Assembly (NCBI GenBank): GCA_945871905.1
Contig: CAMBXL010000004.1
Span: 132,095 to 196,094, forward strand
Origin: Chitinophaga pinensis
GTDB taxonomy: Bacteria > Bacteroidota > Bacteroidia > NS11-12g > UBA955
Direction of reading: 5' to 3'
DNA length: 64,000 bases
In this document: piece after piece, positions 58,579-64,000 of the stretch
Layout: every line of letters begins with the position of its first letter
Numbering within the stretch: position 1 is the first letter of the stretch
Translations under genes and position numbers: made by a program
Notes under the pieces: model-generated
What the model was told of the DNA's origin: nothing
Seen by the model: the letters and a program-made list of their open reading frames with translations, nothing else
The model's database searches: none

Positions 58579-59043
58579 ATGAAAAAATCAATTTTTTATT
58601 TTGCCTTTGCTGCCCTTATTCTTTCTTATTCTTGTGAAGATGATATTGGGACGCCAGTAGTTCCTACGCCTGTTGTTTCTCAACAAGACCTTTTAAGTCA
58701 AAACACTTGGAAAGTTTCTTCTGTTATTGCCAATGGTAGTGATATTTGGGGTACTTCTTTAGTCTCTGATTGCTACAAAGACAACGAATACTTTTTCCGA
58801 AGAGACAATAGATTAGTTATTTACGATAAAACCAGTAAATGTGACGTGGCTGACCCTGATTCAGTGGTTAACAATTATGAATTAATTACTGGTAAAAACA
58901 AAATTTACATGGATGTGAGTTTAGCGGGTGCTTTTAATATCAAAGATACTACTGATATTATCGTTCTTAACCAAACAACTTTAACTGTTGATGCTGAATA
59001 CAGCGGAATTCCAGCTAAATTAACGTTTACAAAGAAACCATAA
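58579..59043 (+). CDS. Lipocalin-like lipoprotein
   Basis: Lipobox SYS-CEDD, LL..TWK motif and paired Cys (DCYKDN, KCD). Confidence 0.65.
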   Translation: MKKSIFYFAFAALILSYSCEDDIGTPVVPTPVVSQQDLLSQNTWKVSSVIANGSDIWGTSLVSDCYKDNEYFFRRDNRLVIYDKTSKCDVADPDSVVNNYELITGKNKIYMDVSLAGAFNIKDTTDIIVLNQTTLTVDAEYSGIPAKLTFTKKP

Positions 59044-59050
59044 ACGCCTA

Positions 59051-59965
59051 ATGACAAGATATTTTGTCTTGTTTTTGGTTTTATTTATTGGTTCCCAAAG
59101 TCATATTAGTTTTGCTCAACCTGATATTGAAAACCAAAAGGCTGTAAAATCGCTGTATTTCAAAAAAAAATGGAGTATTAAAAACCGTCTCCTTAAAATA
59201 AAATACAGTTTTTACCGCAAGGAACGAAAGCCTCAACTTGATTTTTCTAAATGGACTTTGACTTTCGAAGACCAATTTGATTCTATCAACCGTCAGAAAT
59301 GGCGATTAGGACAAGCTTGGGGTGTAGTCCATCCCGAAAATCTTCATCAATATTACGACGACAGCTCGGTGCATACCAAGGATGGTTATCTTATTTTGGA
59401 TGGCAGCTACAAACCCAATCAAATTTTTCATAACAATCAATGGGTCAAAGTTCCATACGCCATTGGATTAGTTAATAGCGACATTTCATTTAAACAGAAA
59501 TATGGCTTTTTTGAAATCCGTTCAAAAAACCCAAAAGGTCCCGCAACATGGCCCGCATTCTGGTTAACCGGTGCTCATAAATGGCCACCCGAAATTGATA
59601 TTTTCGAAATGTATGGACGTAAAAACGGCAAACACATCCACAACCAATACATGTCCTTACATTGGGGTAAGTCCAATACCAAATCGCGCGATTTTATGGC
59701 GCATAAGGTGAAACTTCCCAATGACACTGACAGCAATTTTCATATCTATGCTTGCTTGTGGGAAAAACACCAAATTAGCTTTTATACAGACCATCATTTG
59801 GTTTGCAAAATCAGACTCAACAAAAGATTACAAAAACTAATGGATGAAGAAATGGTTGTTATTCTTAACAATTGTTTTGAAGCCAAATACTTACCCTACC
59901 TTCCCCCAAATTTCAAATCAAACCAATTCATAGTCGACTATATTAAAGTCTATTCTATTTATTAA
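59051..59965 (+). CDS. Glycoside hydrolase family 16 protein
   Basis: Motifs W.LTFEDQFD, YGFFEIR, WPAFWL, catalytic EIDIFE, FHIYA..W and VDYIKVY. Confidence 0.9.
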   Translation: MTRYFVLFLVLFIGSQSHISFAQPDIENQKAVKSLYFKKKWSIKNRLLKIKYSFYRKERKPQLDFSKWTLTFEDQFDSINRQKWRLGQAWGVVHPENLHQYYDDSSVHTKDGYLILDGSYKPNQIFHNNQWVKVPYAIGLVNSDISFKQKYGFFEIRSKNPKGPATWPAFWLTGAHKWPPEIDIFEMYGRKNGKHIHNQYMSLHWGKSNTKSRDFMAHKVKLPNDTDSNFHIYACLWEKHQISFYTDHHLVCKIRLNKRLQKLMDEEMVVILNNCFEAKYLPYLPPNFKSNQFIVDYIKVYSIY

Positions 59966-59981
59966 AACACATTTCACAACA

Positions 59982-61388
59982 ATGAATTACCAAAGAATTC
60001 AACAAGAACATATCGATTACTTTAAAAGTATATCTCCTGATGATTGTATTTATGAACAATTAGAACAAAGAACTGAAAACAGCTCAGATTACACCGAAAA
60101 TCTCAGTTTTTTGCCCGATGTAGTCATCTATCCACAAAACAGTGAACACATCTCAAAAATTGCAGCCTATTGTCACCTCCACAGAATTCCATTAACATGC
60201 AGAGGTGCAGGAACGGGCTTGTCTGGCGGTTGTTTACCTGTTCAACATGGTGTTATTTTAAATTTAAGTCGACTCAATAAAATTCTTTCCATAGACACGT
60301 CAAACTACCAAGCCATTGTTGAACCTGGCGTTATAAACGAAACATTGCAAAATGAAGCTCAAAAATTAGGATTGTTTTATCCACCCGACCCAGCAAGCAA
60401 AGGCAGTTGCACTATAGGAGGTAACGTTGCACACAGCAGTGGCGGTCCGCGTTGCGTAAAATATGGCACAACCAAAGATTATATTTTAAATTTGGAAGTG
60501 GTATTGGCGACCGGCGAAATTATTCAAACGGGCGCCAATGTGCTTAAAAACTCAACTGGATATAACTTAACACAATTGATGGTTGGCAGCGAGGGAACCC
60601 TTGGAATTGTTACAAAAATAACGCTTAAACTGATTCCTTTTCCTCCATACCGAGCCTTAATGCTTGCTTATTTTTCATCTGCATTTGAGGCATGTTCTAC
60701 TGTTCCTGCTATATTCAAAGCGGGAGTTCAACCCTCTGCTATTGAGTTTATGGACGAAAAAGGGGTGAATATTTCAGTACAACACTTGGGAATGACATTT
60801 GACACCAAAGAAGCAAAAGCCTATTTATTGATAGAAGTAGATGCTTTTGATTTACCAAGCATTCAATCGCAATGCGAAACCATTTATGGTGTATTAGAAA
60901 CATTTAACCCAATTGATGTTATATTGGCCGACGAAAGCAGTAGTTCAGAAAAATTATGGAAAATTAGAAGATCGATAGGAGAAACGGTAAAAGCTATATC
61001 GGCATATAAAGAAGAAGACACCGTTGTAACGCGTTCTTTTTTACCCCATTTGTACCAAGAAACCATGGAATTGTGCCAAGCTAATAATATAGAAGTGGTT
61101 TGTTACGGACATGCCGGAGATGGAAATTTGCATATAAACATACTCAAACTTAATTTGGACGATGAAACATGGAACAATAAATTACCTATCATCATCAGAA
61201 AAATATTCGAAATCTGCAAAAAGTATGGAGGAACAATAAGTGGAGAACATGGCATTGGATTGGTTCAAAAAAGTTATTTAGACATCGTAATGCACCAAAA
61301 ACAAATTGAATTAATGCAATTAATCAAGGACAGCTTTGACCCACACCGCATTTTGAATCCTGGAAAAATATTTGATTACCCCAATTAA
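59982..61388 (+). CDS. FAD-linked 2-hydroxyacid oxidase/dehydrogenase (GlcD/D2HGDH-like)
   Basis: Motifs RGAGTGLSGG, YPPDPAS, GSEGTLG, GHAGDGNLH, SGEHGIG and LNPGK. Confidence 0.9.
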   Translation: MNYQRIQQEHIDYFKSISPDDCIYEQLEQRTENSSDYTENLSFLPDVVIYPQNSEHISKIAAYCHLHRIPLTCRGAGTGLSGGCLPVQHGVILNLSRLNKILSIDTSNYQAIVEPGVINETLQNEAQKLGLFYPPDPASKGSCTIGGNVAHSSGGPRCVKYGTTKDYILNLEVVLATGEIIQTGANVLKNSTGYNLTQLMVGSEGTLGIVTKITLKLIPFPPYRALMLAYFSSAFEACSTVPAIFKAGVQPSAIEFMDEKGVNISVQHLGMTFDTKEAKAYLLIEVDAFDLPSIQSQCETIYGVLETFNPIDVILADESSSSEKLWKIRRSIGETVKAISAYKEEDTVVTRSFLPHLYQETMELCQANNIEVVCYGHAGDGNLHINILKLNLDDETWNNKLPIIIRKIFEICKKYGGTISGEHGIGLVQKSYLDIVMHQKQIELMQLIKDSFDPHRILNPGKIFDYPN

Positions 61389-61400
61389 AAAAAAGAGTAT

Positions 61401-61456
61401 TGTGAATAAAAGTTGTAATAATGTGAATATAGACAAATGAAGTCTTTATACTTTCG
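61401..61456 (+). promoter_or_regulatory. dnaN upstream region with DnaA-box matches and a -7-like element
   Basis: TGTGAATAA (61401-61409, consensus TTWTNCACA on the minus strand), TGTGAATAT (61422-61430, 1 mismatch) and TACTTTCG (61449-61456). Confidence 0.5.
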
Positions 61457-61478
61457 CAGTCATTACTTATAATCAAAT

Positions 61479-62600
61479 ATGAAATTTTTAATATCAGCTC
61501 CTTTATTATTAGAACACCTTTTAAAAGTGAATGGTGCTATTGTATCTAAACCCATTTTACCGATTTTAGATCACATGTTATTCGATATAAAGGACGGCGT
61601 TTTAACCATATCTACAACAGACTTAGAAACCTCAATGTCTACAAACTTAAATGTAGAGTCAAAAGAGAATGTAACGGTTGCTATTCCTGCCAAATTATTA
61701 ATTGACACTTTACGCTCATTGCCTGATCAACCAATAACAATGACAGTAAATGAAGATACTTACGCTATTGCTATCAATACTGCGAATGGTAAATTTGATT
61801 TGCCGGGTCAAAATGGTATCGATTTTCCGAAAATCCCAAATATTGAATCGGATAACTCTTTCTCAATGCCGTCTAACGTGTTGTTAAGATCTATCGTAAA
61901 AACAGTATTTGCAACAGGTAATGACGATTTAAGATTAAACCTAACAGGTGTATTTGTGGAAATTGGTCAAAATGATTTAAGTTTTGTAGCTACTGATGCC
62001 AACCGTTTGGTTAAGGTTACCCGCACTGACGTAAAACCCGGCTTAGAACATTCATTCATTTTACCTAAAAAAGCGCTTAACTTATTAAAATCATCTTTAA
62101 GTAACGATGTTACACCCATTCAACTTGATTTCAATAAATCAAATGTGTTTTTCACTTCAAATAATTTGAAATTATCTTGTCGTTTAATCGATGAAAAATA
62201 CCCTGACTATAAAGCAGTTATTCCTTTAGAAAACAACAACATCATTTCTATAAACAGAATTGAATTCCTTGATACAGTTAGAAGGGTTGCTAATTTCTCT
62301 AACAAAACAACGCATCAAATCAGAGTGAAAATTACTGGTAATGAATTGGTGGCAAGTGCTGAAGATTTAGAAATGTCTAACAAAGCGAATGAAAAAAGAA
62401 CTTGTGAATACGATGGTGAAGACATCGAAATTGGTTTCAATTCTAAGTTCTTAATTGAACTATTGACTAATTTGGACCACGACCAAGTTTTATTAAAATT
62501 ATCTACCCCTAATCGTGCAGGATTATTAGTACCTATCGAAAATGAATTAGACGAAGAGGTATTAATGCTCATAATGCCGATGATGCTTAATAACTACTAA
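61479..62600 (+). CDS. dnaN: DNA polymerase III beta sliding clamp
   Basis: Motifs LPIL, TDLE, ATD.NRL, LPKK, RLID.KYPDY..VIP, IGFN.KFL and LIMPM. Confidence 0.96.
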   Translation: MKFLISAPLLLEHLLKVNGAIVSKPILPILDHMLFDIKDGVLTISTTDLETSMSTNLNVESKENVTVAIPAKLLIDTLRSLPDQPITMTVNEDTYAIAINTANGKFDLPGQNGIDFPKIPNIESDNSFSMPSNVLLRSIVKTVFATGNDDLRLNLTGVFVEIGQNDLSFVATDANRLVKVTRTDVKPGLEHSFILPKKALNLLKSSLSNDVTPIQLDFNKSNVFFTSNNLKLSCRLIDEKYPDYKAVIPLENNNIISINRIEFLDTVRRVANFSNKTTHQIRVKITGNELVASAEDLEMSNKANEKRTCEYDGEDIEIGFNSKFLIELLTNLDHDQVLLKLSTPNRAGLLVPIENELDEEVLMLIMPMMLNNY

Positions 62601-63322
62601 TAGCTATCGGTTCAATAAACTTAATCTTTTTACTGCTAGCTTTAATAGCAGAAATTATTGGAACCATCGGTGGATTCGGTTCTTCGGTTTATTTTGTACC
62701 TTTTGCTAACTTTTATTTCGATTATCATACCGTTTTAGGACTAACAGCTTTATTTCACCTTTCAAGTAACCTTAGTAAAATTTACCTTTTCAGAAAAGGG
62801 CTTGACAAAAAACTTCTTTTACAAATTGGGATTCCTTCAGTCATTTTTGTGATTATTGGTGCGTACTTAAGTAAATTTATTGTTTTTTTATACCTACAAA
62901 TAGCCTTGTCTGTGTTTTTAGTAGGTTTTAGTTTATTCTTTCTTGTAAGACCCAATTTCTCTTTTAAAACTGGACTAAAAGAAACCTTTATAGGAGGAAG
63001 TTTATCAGGTTTTTTTGCTGGTTTTTTGGGAACAGGAGGTGCCATTCGTGGACTTACAATGACGGCATTTAACTTGGAAAAAAGTATATATGTTGCCACC
63101 TCAGCTGCTATAGATTTTGGAGTCGACTTGTCAAGAACTGTGGTTTATTTTATCAACGGATACATGAACGATACCAGTTATAAATACCTTCCATTTTTGT
63201 TGGTCATTGGTTTTGTAGGCACTTTTATTGGGCAAAAAATATTGTTAAAAATACCACAAGAACACTTCAGAAGAATCTCGCTAGTCTTAATACTACTAAT
63301 AGGAATTGCCTCCATTTTCTAA
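62600..63322 (+). CDS. TSUP (TauE/SafE) family membrane transporter, extended 5' to a non-canonical start
   Basis: The frame of the 62849 ORF is open back to a stop at 62591-62593 and encodes the family N-terminus AEIIGTIGGFGSSV; the second repeat is GFLGTGGAIRG. There is no ATG/GTG/TTG upstream of that motif. Confidence 0.8.
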   Translation: MAIGSINLIFLLLALIAEIIGTIGGFGSSVYFVPFANFYFDYHTVLGLTALFHLSSNLSKIYLFRKGLDKKLLLQIGIPSVIFVIIGAYLSKFIVFLYLQIALSVFLVGFSLFFLVRPNFSFKTGLKETFIGGSLSGFFAGFLGTGGAIRGLTMTAFNLEKSIYVATSAAIDFGVDLSRTVVYFINGYMNDTSYKYLPFLLVIGFVGTFIGQKILLKIPQEHFRRISLVLILLIGIASIF

Positions 63323-63403
63323 AATAATTAACCCTAAAAATAGTGCATAAGATTGTGATAAAACCAAAGTTTAAAACTTAATAAGTTTGTATATTTGCAG
63401 AAA

Positions 63404-63910
63404 ATGGGTGCGCCGAACGATAAAATAGCGAAAAACAAACTTGAGGTACGTAAAATTTTTACGGCTTATCTTGAAAAAAATAAGCAAAGAAAAACGCCTG
63501 AACGCTACGCCATTCTTGATGAAATATACTCTCATAAAGAACATTTTGATGTAGACACCTTGTTCATCCACATGAAAAATAAAAAATTCAGAGTGAGCAG
63601 AGCTACAGTATACAATACATTGGAATTATTACTAGACAGCGGATTGGTTAAGCGCCATCAGTTTGGTAAAAATTTAGCCATGTACGAACAGAGTTTTGGT
63701 TTCAGACAACACGACCATTTAATTTGCTTACAATGTAACAAGGTTCTTGAATTTTGCGATCCTCGCATTCAACAAATCAACCAAACAATGGGCGAATTAC
63801 TAGGTTTTGAGGTCAATCACCACTCCCTTCACTTGTATGCAAATCCAGTTTTAATAGATGATAACCGTTGCAAAAATTGCAACATAGAAATTAATTTAAA
63901 AGATGAATAA
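63404..63910 (+). CDS. fur: Fur-family transcriptional repressor
   Basis: Motifs [25 protein letters not shown] and HDHLICLQC. Tandem TAnnTTTG elements at 63382 and 63390. Confidence 0.9.
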   Translation: MGAPNDKIAKNKLEVRKIFTAYLEKNKQRKTPERYAILDEIYSHKEHFDVDTLFIHMKNKKFRVSRATVYNTLELLLDSGLVKRHQFGKNLAMYEQSFGFRQHDHLICLQCNKVLEFCDPRIQQINQTMGELLGFEVNHHSLHLYANPVLIDDNRCKNCNIEINLKDE

Positions 63911-64000
63911 AATTGATGTCGTATTAGGTCTTCAATGGGGAGACGAAGGCAAAGGTAAAATTGCTGATTTTTTAACGCCCAATTACCAAATTATTGCTCG
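63903..64000 (+). CDS. purA: Adenylosuccinate synthetase (5' fragment, runs off the window)
   Basis: [22 protein letters not shown] matches the PurA GTP-binding signature. Confidence 0.93.
   Translation, partial: MNKIDVVLGLQWGDEGKGKIADFLTPNYQIIA

Overview
AT-rich, gene-dense chromosomal segment of a Bacteroidota bacterium. The taxon is inferred from TAnnTTTG -7 promoter elements, PorQ, TamB/TamL, DUF5723, DUF4249 and CK(K/E)E-type lipoproteins. Content is mostly housekeeping and envelope genes: anmK, priA, aspC-like, serC-serA-DUF1015, ppk2, porQ, tamB, tsaD, valS, tRNA-His, parAB, recG, rpsA, rel, yebC, dnaN, fur and the 5' end of purA. I saw no prophage, transposase, CRISPR or defence island. 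The most notable signals are: (1) rpsA has a perfect AAAGGAGG Shine-Dalgarno before a TTG start, in a window where the other leaders I read lack one, and its S1 protein carries an extra C-terminal helix-hairpin-helix domain, together suggesting a possible S1 autoregulatory circuit; (2) DUF1015 occupies the serB slot of the serine operon; (3) an L,D-transpeptidase gene is broken by one nonsense codon and one frameshift; (4) two unannotated single-TM micro-ORFs follow an NSS transporter; (5) a TSUP gene appears to start at ATA coupled to the dnaN stop; (6) two intergenic REP-like repeat clusters. All family calls come from motif recognition by eye; no searches were run.
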